Source of the DNA: Nemertoderma westbladi
Lineage: Eukaryota > Animalia > Xenacoelomorpha
Assembly: GCA_032718475.1 (NCBI GenBank)
Contig: JAUCBJ010007849.1
Span: 1-64,000, forward strand
DNA length: 64,000 nt
Reading direction: 5' to 3'
The position numbers and the translations under genes were made by a program. Within the stretch, counting starts at the first letter, position 1. Each line of letters begins with the position of its first letter. The notes beneath the pieces were generated by a model that was not told where the DNA came from, ran no database searches, and saw nothing but the letters and a program-made list of their open reading frames with translations. Below, piece after piece: positions 21,351 to 32,500 of this stretch.

Positions 21351-22527
21351 TGTACGCGCTTTTGAAGACCTTTAGCAGTTTAACCTGCCAAAATTTATAT
21401 GTCTTTTGGTTTATAAATAGACTTTAGAAAATGACAAGTATTTAATACCAATAAATACAACATTAGCCGAAGCCAGCCTAGTGCGCGTCCATTCACCCGC
21501 TGGATATACCCGGGAGACTGGATTCGGAGGGCTTAGATTGTTATTGCAGTGTAAGCTTAATGTATTATTCGATTGATCGTTAATAAATAATTTCTGACCA
21601 ATATTATTCACTTTCGGGAAATATTAACAGTTCCTTTAGGACGTGGCGCTCTATCTAGGTAAACAGAGATATGACTTATACTAAACACAACGGTAAGTCG
21701 GTAAGGCTTATGATTCACGTATGAGGCGCATTCTTTAGGAAATGCTTAGTTATCAGTCACAATCATGCACACTACCGGTAACACACAATACTGCACACTA
21801 ATTTGCCGACCGTCAATGAATTTTATCATATATAAAGAGAACAGCAATTGACTCATGTAGTGCTTATCAAATAGCATTAAATTCACTACAAACCACAATA
21901 ATATAAGTCGCAATCGCTATATGTAACCCGTCTAACCTGTAGTGTATCAAGAAAATTGGGAAATTTGGGTTCTTTATAGATGTTCTCCAGATAATAATAT
22001 TCCACCATAACACAACAGTAAATAGCAGTATAATAATGTATGTTGCAGTGATATAAGACTACTGCTGATTGCACTGATTGTACTGGACCGATAACAGTTA
22101 TACGCTCTATAATCTAAGCCTACTAATGTTTCTTCTAAAGTCTGAAACGAATTGACTCTAGAGCCGGTGTTCCTGGCCTAGATAGAAACAACACAACAGT
22201 ATTAAGAAAAACAGTAAGACTGAACACTCCTAGCATGATCTGCCAAATATCTCCACATCGACAGAAAAAATCGCTCTGATTGGCTGTTAAGCTAAACAAA
22301 GAACCATGTATCCAATGGCCGTTTCCTTGTCAGCAACCAGCTGTTAGATGTCGTAATCTGAATCATCAAGGCTAAGCTGTGCCAGGGTATTTAACGCATT
22401 GCGGGTTTTTGCCTTACCATGTCCTCCAAAGCACACATATAGAAGAATGACTTTTATGTCCGTTAAAACACCTATAACGGTACCTTGCGGGCGAGGGGGA
22501 CTGAGTATTTCCGCAAAAGCTTTTACA
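21351..22527 (-). repeat. 5' LTR (1177 bp)
   Basis: TGTA...TACA, direct repeat of 6889-8069, followed by TSD GATGT. Confidence 0.96.
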
Positions 22528-22532
22528 GATGT

Positions 22533-22744
22533 CGTCATCTTGAACTACACTGTATCAAGAGTATTTGGCGTATTGCGACATAAAATTGCTAGTTATGTCC
22601 GCTAAAGTACACATACAGAAGAAATGGCTTTTTATGTCCACTAAAACACCGGTACAGTAAGGAAACGGCTTTTTATGTCCGCTAAAACACCTACAGAGTA
22701 CTTTGCGGGAAAAATGACTAGCTAATTCCGCAAAAGCCTTTACA
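22533..22744 (-). mobile_element. Solo LTR of a related BEL/Pao family, right piece
   Basis: Resembles the LTR end (ttccgcaaaagcctttaca), ends in ACA and is followed by TSD AAGTC (22745-22749). Confidence 0.88.
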
Positions 22745-22749
22745 AAGTC

Positions 22750-23295
22750 TCTGCCATTAGGTCGGATGTGTTACGTGCAATTCGTTACTGTAGCACTCGC
22801 GTTCTACTAAATGACGAAATTAAATTTATTATAAATAAATTCCATGCCTATGGCTACCCTACTATTTTAATGTTAGAGACCTACAATCAAGAACGAACTT
22901 CTTAAACCAGAGCCTTACCTGCGCCCCCTACTGTTTATCCCAGTCATAATTACTACGTATCTATCCCATTTATCGGACATGTTTTTTACTGCCTTAAGCG
23001 TGAGGCTGCTAAGATACACATAACCTTAGTGTCTAATTCATTTAACACTATTGGTCAATGTCTATGTAGTCAGACTAAGCATAAACTCCCCCCAGACCAG
23101 GTCTCTGGAGTAGTATATTCGATTGTCTGTAGCTGTGGGGGACGACGTATTGGTGAAACGGACCAAGAACTGAAGGACAGGGTAAATCAGCATAAGAGAG
23201 GGTGGGTACATAGTTCTCGAAATTCGGCAGTTGGTAGCCATGGCAACTGTATACCCAGTTTCAACGACGTGGAAACATTAGCTTTTCAGTCTTCA
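22750..23295 (+). mobile_element. Penelope-like element fragment, 3' part (RT thumb, linker, GIY-YIG endonuclease), degenerate
   Basis: SAIRSDVLRAIRYCS...AYGYP, YVSIPFIG, then SGVVYSIVCSCGGRRIGETDQELKDRVNQH, a GIY-YIG pattern. Confidence 0.85.
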
Positions 23296-23675
23296 ATTAC
23301 AAATGTTTTCTTGTTTGATAATCCAGTTGAAATTGTTGAGCAATTTTCATATTTAGGCCATATTTTACATTCTAGTACAGACGATGACATTGATATCAAG
23401 GCCCAATATTATGCATTAATGTATTAATTAATGCATTAATGCAAGAGCCAATATGTTAATGAGAAAGTTTGGAAATTGTTCCCGTGCAGTAAAAATATGC
23501 CTTAATAGTTTATGGGCTAGGGTGAACTACTCTGATTGTGTTTATAGAAAACTGAAAGTAGCGTACAATAATGCACTTCGTTTGTTTTTTCGGATATCTA
23601 GAGTTACTGATGACATACCAACGAGTGATGTCATTAACATGTGGAGAATTAAATATACCTGTTTTGACTCATAGA
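23296..23675 (+). mobile_element. Degenerate non-LTR retrotransposon fragment (RT C-terminus, L2/CR1-group-like)
   Basis: VEIVEQFSYLGHIL..DDDIDI, ANMLMRKFGNCS and KLKVAYNNALR; broken by a small duplication and a stop near 23410-23440. Confidence 0.65.
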
Positions 23676-25417
23676 ACGTACAACAGCCTTTGTAGACGAA
23701 CCAAACGTCTAAACTGTCTAAAATAGTATTTTGCGTACTATCCATAAAGAATGTCATCAGGATTCTAGAATTTTTTGTGCATGATTACATATTTTCAATA
23801 TATTAAAGAAGATATATTATTTTGTTCTGCTGTGCTATTAAATAACAACTGTATTTAGTTTATCTTACGTACCGGTACCCAATTTGTTTCTTTGCAACAT
23901 TATTAACTAATTATTTTATGGGCCTAGGCCTGGATTAAAGAATATAGTCTAACCTGAGGTTGAGGCTACTTTTGGAGTCAGCCTTTATCCGGACTTTGGT
24001 CGCAGGGAAACTATTATACGCTCTCCCAATGATGACTCAATCAATAGGAACTCCGGTAGTCTACTGAATGAATGTTGGCTTCCTGCTATTGCCAACTCAA
24101 TTCCCAATTAAGGCCCCCCCCCCCCCCCCCCCTTTTTTTTTTTTTATTTAGTCTAGGAATATAATTTTTTCTATATTTCTTTATATTTTCTTTTATATTT
24201 CGTAAATTTTTTAAACTAAAATTTAAACCCTGTTTAACCCCAATTTTGTCGTACAGTATTACTGATAATGTCAAATACTGTATATTTGATATATCCAATT
24301 GTCTAATTTTTGTTTTATACTGTACATTACTGTGCGAATATCGATATATATTTTTTCAAATTGCATATACAGTATATTGCTGTAGAATGTAAAGTAAATT
24401 CGATATGTCGTGTCGTCCACTATATGTACCGGTAGTGTACGTACAACATTAATCAGTACTGCATTGATAAAGATAAACATTGTTTATTGAAACGTCTGCA
24501 ATACACTATAACACTTTTTGTGGCTGAAACTCCTTACACCATTGTTTTTTCAAACATTGTGTTATTATATAGGCCTATGTCAGTATGTGTTATAGCCAGG
24601 CCTATGTGCTGATGTGTGCTGTGCTTTGGCAGCCTCATCCCTCATGCACGCTTCATGTACTGATGTACCTACTGTATTCCATATTTAGGCCTAACTAGTT
24701 GAAATAGGCCTGCTATCAATCATTCAATAATTTATCATTTTAATATCTGCTACACTGGGTTTAAATGTGTGGTTTTTTTCTGTAGGCCCCCCTATAATAA
24801 TAATAAAATATAATAAATAATATTCCTGTATTATTCTATTCCACTACTGGTACCGGTGATCGGTGAACACATTTTTCGGCTTATTTATTGTGTGTAAAGT
24901 GTAAACAACACAACACAACAACGCCAACCGCTTTCAGGCTTTTAGGTACGAACAAAAACTGAAAAATGAAACCGGAACATGCGCTCTTTTTTGTTAGAAT
25001 AACTTTACCTGTCTAATCTGCTTCTTTCCCCTAACAGCCTAACATTTATAACGGTTACGGTATCCGTTGTGGCTGTCGGTTGTCGAGCAACGTTTCAAAC
25101 GTTGCTATTTATTTGTATCGTATTTATCGTATTTATTTGGCTGTTATTCCAGTATTTTTACTTATTTACTTATTTCCAGTTATTACAATATTTACATAAT
25201 ATACATACATTATTATATTTTTCAGTATATTACCACTGTGCTGCATGAGCATGCTATGTGGGAATTGTTATTAAACAATAAACAATACAGCAATATATTA
25301 GTATTATTTATTATTAATAAAATATTATATATATATTACTTGACAAATCCTTGCCTACCGGTACATCTGTACAGCTGTATAATACTGTAATAACATTAAA
25401 GCTTCCAACAACGAGCA

Positions 25418-26480
25418 ATGCCTTCCCCGAGCGATTCCACATCCGTAACTCCGCTTCTCCTAGACAACGGCTACGAAAACGCCGACCAATCAGACGCCTC
25501 TGAGGTCCCTGACCACGGAGCCCTACTGTTCTACAAACTGTCCCGCAGTCTGAGCGGCTCCCCTGTAAGGGAAGTTAACCGCAACACGCGACAACTCTCC
25601 ACATTCTTCGGCGTACTCATACCATGCGTTCTATCGATGTTCAGCTCTATACTGTTCCTTAGAATGGGCCTAATAGCGGGGCAATGTGGGCTGCTACTAA
25701 CTCTACTATTAATAACCATCGCGTACGTCATCATTATGCTAACTGTACTGTCGATATCCGCTATATCTACGAACGGGGCTATTTCCGGGGGCGGCCCCTA
25801 CTTTATGATCAGCCGGGCTTTAGGTCCGGAATTCGGCGGCGCGATCGGAGTTATGTTTTTCCTGGCGAACGTTTTCGCTTCCGGTTCTTATTGTATCGCC
25901 CTTAGCGAATCGCTAGTGGCCGATTTCGGCCCTTCCGGTTCTATAATACCGTCGGCTATTCCTGGCGGCTACTGGTATAAACTTATCTACTCAACTTCGA
26001 TCCTCCTTATTGGGCTAATGGTCTGTTTAATTGGAGCTAAAATGTTCGCTCGTGCGTCTTTCTTCATTTTTATTATAGTTTTTGCATCGATTCTTACCGG
26101 GATAGTCTCGTTTTTCGTTGTTAAACATCGTAAAGTCGCTATTCCGGCGGACAACAACTCCACAAATATTAGTTTCGGTTTATACCACTGGATGAATTCC
26201 CATACCTTATCGGCTAACTTGTACCACAACTACTCGGTAGATTACACTACAGGGAATATGAATTCTTTTCCCATTGTTTTCGCGATATTTTTCAACGGGG
26301 TTACGGGAATCATGGCCGGTGCCAATATGTCTGGTGACCTCCGCAATCCGTCCCGGAGTATTCCCGTGGGAACGCTACTCTCGGTGGCTATTACTTTCAG
26401 TATCTATGTCCTGGTGTCTTTGCTTATTTGCATGTCTTGCGATCGTTTCCTTTTGCAGAATAACTACGGATTCCTCCAAG
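25418..26480 (+). CDS. SLC12A9: SLC12A9-like cation-chloride cotransporter, first coding exon
   Basis: LSTFFGVLIPCVLSMFSSILFLR, ISAISTNGAISGGGPYFMISRALGPEFGGAIG and FAIFFNGVTGIMAGANMSGDL; short N-terminus; donor AG|GTAATC at 26481, phase 1. Confidence 0.9.
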
Positions 26481-26777
26481 GTAATCAATGACAACATTTA
26501 AAATGTATTAATTTTAATTAGCAATTTATTTTTTAACATTCAGATAGCGTTAGGGACTGGAGGATGAGAGCAGATGGGCATTTATGGATTCGGGTAGTTT
26601 TATGGCACGGATTTTCGGCAATAATTATTATTTCGCTTGTGTAAGTTTCAAAAATAGTAAAAATTTCCATAATAAATCAAATTGAATTAATTTATTTCAA
26701 GTTTTATTTATTTAATAATCGGAGCTATAAAATCAATTCATTTAAATTTAGTTACAATTTCGGAAATATGTATCTAT

Positions 26778-27694
26778 ATTAGAGTTGAAACAGAGACCTA
26801 TTTTTCTTAATTCCGGTAAACCAGAGACCCAGAGAATTATTTTGAAAAATACCGGAGACCAGAGCCAGAGATCAGAGACTTTGCTTATTTTTGTACTTAC
26901 AATTTGACTATAGCACAAACAGGTACGTATGAACTGAACTATTTATGGTTGAATTACAGTAAATCCTACCGATTCAAACCTTACCAAATGAAAAAAATAA
27001 GCGCAAGTACAGTTTGGGTTAATGTTAAATGTTACATTAATTTGTTTTGCTACATAGGGACTTTGTTAAATAAAAGAGGCACTGAATTCACAACTGTTAA
27101 AATCATATACCTTTTAATGGATTCTATAAACTTGGTCATTTACGAATACAGTTAGTGCACAGGTCCAGTACTCTATTCGACCCTATTGCAAGTCTCGTTA
27201 CGCTCGTTCTCTTCATTTGGTCGCTGTAATATATAGCCTACAACAAGGTGAAGAGAGCTCTGCCTTTACTTTTACATGTAGACTTTATGTGTGCTCAAAT
27301 TAAGCACCCTTATTCTTAAATAAGAACTCTCTTTAGGTGCAAATTTAACTTGAACTGAAACGCACCTTAAATAAAATAGAAGATTACTGGTTCATTTGGT
27401 GTGAGTCATGCTTAAAAATAGGGTAGAAGTTGCTATATAATTTTGTTGAAGCGGAGTATTAAAAATTGTTAAAAATTAAAGTAATTATTTATAATAGTAA
27501 AAACGTTTTTGTGATAAAATCATGATTTATCATTTTATGTTGTACAAGATAAATATATTTTTAATTTGAAAAATCACTGATCTCTGGGTAAAATGTCTGT
27601 TTTCAATACCCAGGAATCAGAGACCTATCCAGAGACCAAAAAACTGCCCGAAGAATCCAGAGATCAGTGAACAGGTCTCTGTTTCAACTCTAAT
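26778..27694. mobile_element. Intronic MITE or non-autonomous DNA transposon (hAT-like)
   Basis: Perfect 22-bp inverted repeats attagagttgaaacagagacct (26778-26799 and 27673-27694); internal CCAGAGACC repeats near both ends; imperfect 8-bp flanks atctatat/atcatata if the termini are TAGAG...CTCTA. Confidence 0.8.
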
Positions 27695-27901
27695 CATATA
27701 GTTAGAATTATGTGTATTATTTAAATTTCCCGCCGCTTTTTTCCGATGAACATCACAAACATAACGATGATACTGTAGTCTTTTATCTTACTAATTATAA
27801 CTATTACAGCTTCATACGATATTCTGGAATTACCGTCCCAAATCTACTGAAGAGTAATTATTACGATCACTAGGCCCAGGTTTGTCATCCTTTATTTCCA
27901 G

Positions 27902-28140
27902 GAATAAACGTCTGGCCTCCAGCCATCGCTATAGGTATATTCTCCGCAACTTTCTCCGCATCCCTCTCCTGTCTCATCGGTGCTTCCCGTATATTATTCG
28001 CGTTGGCTGAGGACCTGGTCTTTGGCGTGATACTGCGGCCGATTTCTACCGGTGTCTCAGATTCCGGTAACCCATATGCGGCTGTTCTCTTTTCCTGGGC
28101 TGTAATTCAGTTAATTCTGTTTATTGGGGAGCTGAATGAG
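27902..28140 (+). CDS. SLC12A9: SLC12A9-like, second coding exon
   Basis: Acceptor tttatttccag. Encodes GINVWPPAIAIGIFSATFSASLSCLIGASRILFALAED...GNPYAAVLFSWAVIQLILFIGELNE; donor GAG|GTATAA, phase 0. Not in the ORF track. Confidence 0.92.
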
Positions 28141-29310
28141 GTATAAATAATTATATTAATTTGTAGTTAATTTGTAGTACACCATTTTCGGACAACTCTT
28201 CGTTTTATCACTCTCAGCGTTTCAAAATTGTTTGATTTTGGCTATAATTTGGAATATAGGTGCCTAAGATGCTATTCTACATGACAGGTCAGAACATTTT
28301 TATTTTTCGCTATTTAATATTAGTTAATACTAGTTAACAACAAAAAAAACTTGGTTGCGCTTAAAACCCTAAGGCTTTTACAGTTTTGAATCTATTCACA
28401 TGAAAGTTTTTTTATATGAAAGATCAAAGATGGGGCAACATATCTATCAGGCGAAATTTTGTTAAAATAATTCTGCATCGCTAGGTGGCGCTGCAAATTT
28501 ATGCCTAATTATTAGGTTTTTTATAAATAGTATTAAATTTTATTAACAAATAATTTCGAAAACTTGTCTGATACTTCTATGCAGGGTGGCTATCTAGACA
28601 CCCACAGAAAGTTTCAGACTAATTGCTCAAAAATTATAGAAGTAGTAGGGTTTTGAAGTTGACAATTTCATTAAAAAAATATTTGGAGATAATCGACCTT
28701 TCATTATACATAGTAATAGTAATTTCAATAGGATTCCCTAAATGGAAATTTTTCTATTTCAAATTTGAAATCAGCGAAATGTTGATCCGTGTGGTTTAGG
28801 AGACGAGCGAATTTACAAAGTGATTGCAAGTAGAATTGGTACGAGGATCAAAACGGAGGAGATTATTCTGCAATAAATCATTCATAGAATAGAATGTAAC
28901 AGTAAGAAACGAATGCTTATTAAAAAAAAACTGCTTGAGAAATTTTGTTTTTTTGTTAAATAATATTTTAAGTTGAAATTTCTCGAATTTTATTTCCACC
29001 TGATTTTAAAAGTTATTTACTTTATCCCCCCCCCCCCCTCCCTCCCTCCCTCCCTCCCCCCATCCCCCCCCCCCCCTCCCTCTGGCTACCGCGCTACCTT
29101 TATTACATTACCTCATACAGCTCTTTACTGATGATCATTGTAATGATGTCTGCCAATCTGTAATTGTGTAATAATAACGGTCCCCCCAGAACTTTACTCC
29201 CCAAAGGAAACTGCAGTACTCATTTAGCTACCACTTACGGATGCATTGTAGAAAAGCGCCCTGGATAGCTCCTTTAGATAAAGCTCATGCCGAAACGAAA
29301 ACTACCCTGT

Positions 29311-29384
29311 CCCAATGCGGGGATGGAACCTACAACGGATAGATGTGCATTCAAGATTTAACGGTTTAAACCACTAAATCCAAG
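29311..29384 (-). mobile_element. Possible degenerate tRNA-derived SINE head
   Basis: The minus strand has an A-box-like TAGTGGTTTAA and a B-box-like GGTTCCATCCC at tRNA-like spacing. No full cloverleaf. Confidence 0.25.
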
Positions 29385-29540
29385 TTGAGACCGTATATAT
29401 AATGTCAGAGTCTCAGAAGTATTCATCTGTTCTCTTGATCATGTTATCATTTTGTAAAGTAATTAATTCATTCCTAATTTATTAATTGAACAAAAACGAA
29501 TTAACCCTTTAATTATTATATTAAACACAAACAGTAAATT

Positions 29541-32500
29541 TTCTCTATACAATTACTTTCACTTTCCACAGCTCATATAGTATCAATATTCTCTATACAA
29601 TTACTTTCACTTTCCACAGGTTGCTCCTATAGGCTCAATATTCTCTAAACAATTACTTTCACTTTCCACAGGTTGCTCCTATAGTCTCAATATTATCTAT
29701 ACAATTACTTTCACTTTCCACAGGTTGCTCCTATAGTCTCAATATTCTCTATACAATTACTTTCACTTTCCACGAGTTGCTCCTATAGACTCAATATTCT
29801 CTATACAATTACTTTCACTTTCCACAGGTTGCTCCTATAGTCTCAATATTATCTATACAATTACTTTCACTTTCCACAGGTTGCTCCTATAGTCTCAATA
29901 TTCTCTATACAATTACTTTCACTTTCCACAGGTTGCTCCTATAGTCTCAATATTATCTATACAATTACTTTCACTTTCCACGAGTTGCTCCTATAGACTC
30001 AATATTCTCTATACAATTACTTTCACTTTCCACAGGTTGCTCCTATAGTCTCAATATTATCTATACAATTACTTTCACTTTCCACGAGTTGCTCCTATAG
30101 ACTCAATATTCTCTATACAATTACTTTCACTTTCCACAGGTTGCTCCTATAGTCTCAATATTATCTATACAATTACTTTCACTTTCCACAGGTTGCTCCT
30201 ATAGTCTCAATATTATCTATACAATTACTTTCACTTTCCACAGGTTGCTCCTATAGTCTCAATATTATCTATACAATTACTTTCACTTTCCACAGGTTGC
30301 TCCTATAGTCTCAATATTCTCTATACAATTACTTTCACTTTCCACGAGTTGCTCCTATAGACTCAATATTCTCTGTACAATTACTTTCACTTTCCACAGG
30401 TTGCTCCTATAGTCTCAATATTATCTATACAATTACTTTCACTTTCCACAGGTTGCTCCTATAGTCTCAATATTCTCTATACAATTACTTTCACTTTCCA
30501 CAGGTTGCTCCTATAGGCTCAATATTCTCTAAACAATTACTTTCACTTTCCACAGGTTGCTCCTATAGTCTCAATATTATCTATACAATTACTTTCACTT
30601 TCCACAGGTTGCTCCTATAGTCTCAATATTCTCTATACAATTACTTTCACTTTCCACAGGTTGCTCCTATAGTCTCAATATTATCTATACAATTACTTTC
30701 ACTTTCCACAGGTTGCTCCTATAGGCTCAATATTCTCTATACAATTACTTTCACTTTCCACAGGTTGCTCCTATAGTCTCAATATTCTCTATACAATTAC
30801 TTTCACTTTCCACGAGGTTGCTCCTATAGACTCAATATTCTCTATACAATTACTTTCACTTTCCACAGGTTGCTCCTATAGTCTCAATATTATCTATACA
30901 ATTACTTTCACTTTCCACAGGTTGCTCCTATAGTCTCAATATTCTCTATACAATTACTTTCACTTTCCACAGGTTGCTCCTATAGTCTCAATATTCTCTA
31001 TACAATTACTTTCACTTTCCACAGGTTGCTCCTATAGACTCAATATTCTCTATACAATTACTTTCACTTTCCACAGGTTGCTCTTATAGTCTCAATATTC
31101 TCTATACAATTACTTTCACTTTCCACAGGTTGCTCCTATAGTCTCAATATTCTCTATACAATTACTTTCACTTTCCACAGGTTGCTCCTATAGTCTCAAT
31201 ATTATCTATACAATTACTTTCACTTTCCACAGGTTGCTCCTATAGTCTCAATATTCTCTATACAATTACTTTCACTTTCCACAGGTTGCTCCTATAGACT
31301 CAATATTCTCTAAACAATTACTTTCACTTTCCACAGGTTGCTCTTTTAGTCTCAATATTCTCTATACAATTACTTTCACTTTCCACAGGTTGCTCTTATA
31401 GTCTCAATATTCTCTATACAATTACTTTCACTTTCCACAGGTTGCTCCTATAGTCTCAATATTATCTATACAATTACTTTCACTTTCCACAGGTTGCTCT
31501 TATAGTCTCAATATTCTCTATACAATTACTTTCACTTTCCACAGGTTGCTCCTATAGTCTCAATATTCTCTATACAATTACTTTCACTTTCCACAGGTTG
31601 CTCCTATAGTCTCAATATTATCTATACAATTACTTTCACTTTCCACAGGTTGCTCCTATAGTCTCAATATTCTCTATACAATTACTTTCACTTTCCACAG
31701 TGCTCCTATAGTCTCAATATTATCTATACAATTACTTTCACTTTCCACAGGTTGCTCCTATAGTCTCAATATTATCTATACAATTACTTTCACTTTCCAC
31801 AGGTTGCTCCTATAGACTCAATATTCTCTATACAATTACTTTCACTTTCCACAGGTTGCTCCTATAGTCTCAATATTCTCTATACAATTACTTTCACTTT
31901 CCACAGGTTGCTCCTATAGACTCAATATTCTCTATACAATTACTTTCACTTTCCACAGGTTGCTCCTATAGTCTCAATATTATCTATACAATTACTTTCA
32001 CTTTCCACAGGTTGCTCCTATAGTCTCAATATTCTCTATACAATTACTTTCACTTTCCACAGGTTGCTCCTATAGTCTCAATATTATCTATACAATTACT
32101 TTCACTTTCCACAGGTTGCTCCTATAGTCTCAATATTCTCTATACAATTACTTTCACTTTCCACAGGCTCCTATAGTCTCAATATTATCTATACAATTAC
32201 TTTCACTTTCCACAGGTTGCTCCTATAGTCTCAATATTATCTATACAATTACTTTCACTTTCCACAGGTTGCTCTTATAGTCTCAATATTCTCTATACAA
32301 TTACTTTCACTTTCCACAGGTTGCTCCTATAGTCTCAATATTCTCTATACAATTACTTTCACTTTCCACAGGTTGCTCCTATAGTCTCAATATTATCTAT
32401 ACAATTACTTTCACTTTCCACAGGTTGCTCCTATAGTCTCAATATTCTCTATACAATTACTTTCACTTTCCACAGGTTGCTCCTATAGTCTCAATATTCT

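Larger units (their letters stand above)
6889..22527 (-). mobile_element. Full-length BEL/Pao LTR retrotransposon (15.6 kb)
   Basis: Two near-identical TGTA...TACA LTRs; 5-bp TSD GATGT at 6884-6888 and 22528-22532; gag-pol on the minus strand with BEL/Pao domains. Confidence 0.96.

Noticed and set aside
23029-23427. 132-aa ORF as a single GIY-YIG gene
   Set aside because: A chance in-frame junction of a Penelope endonuclease remnant and an unrelated LINE RT fragment.
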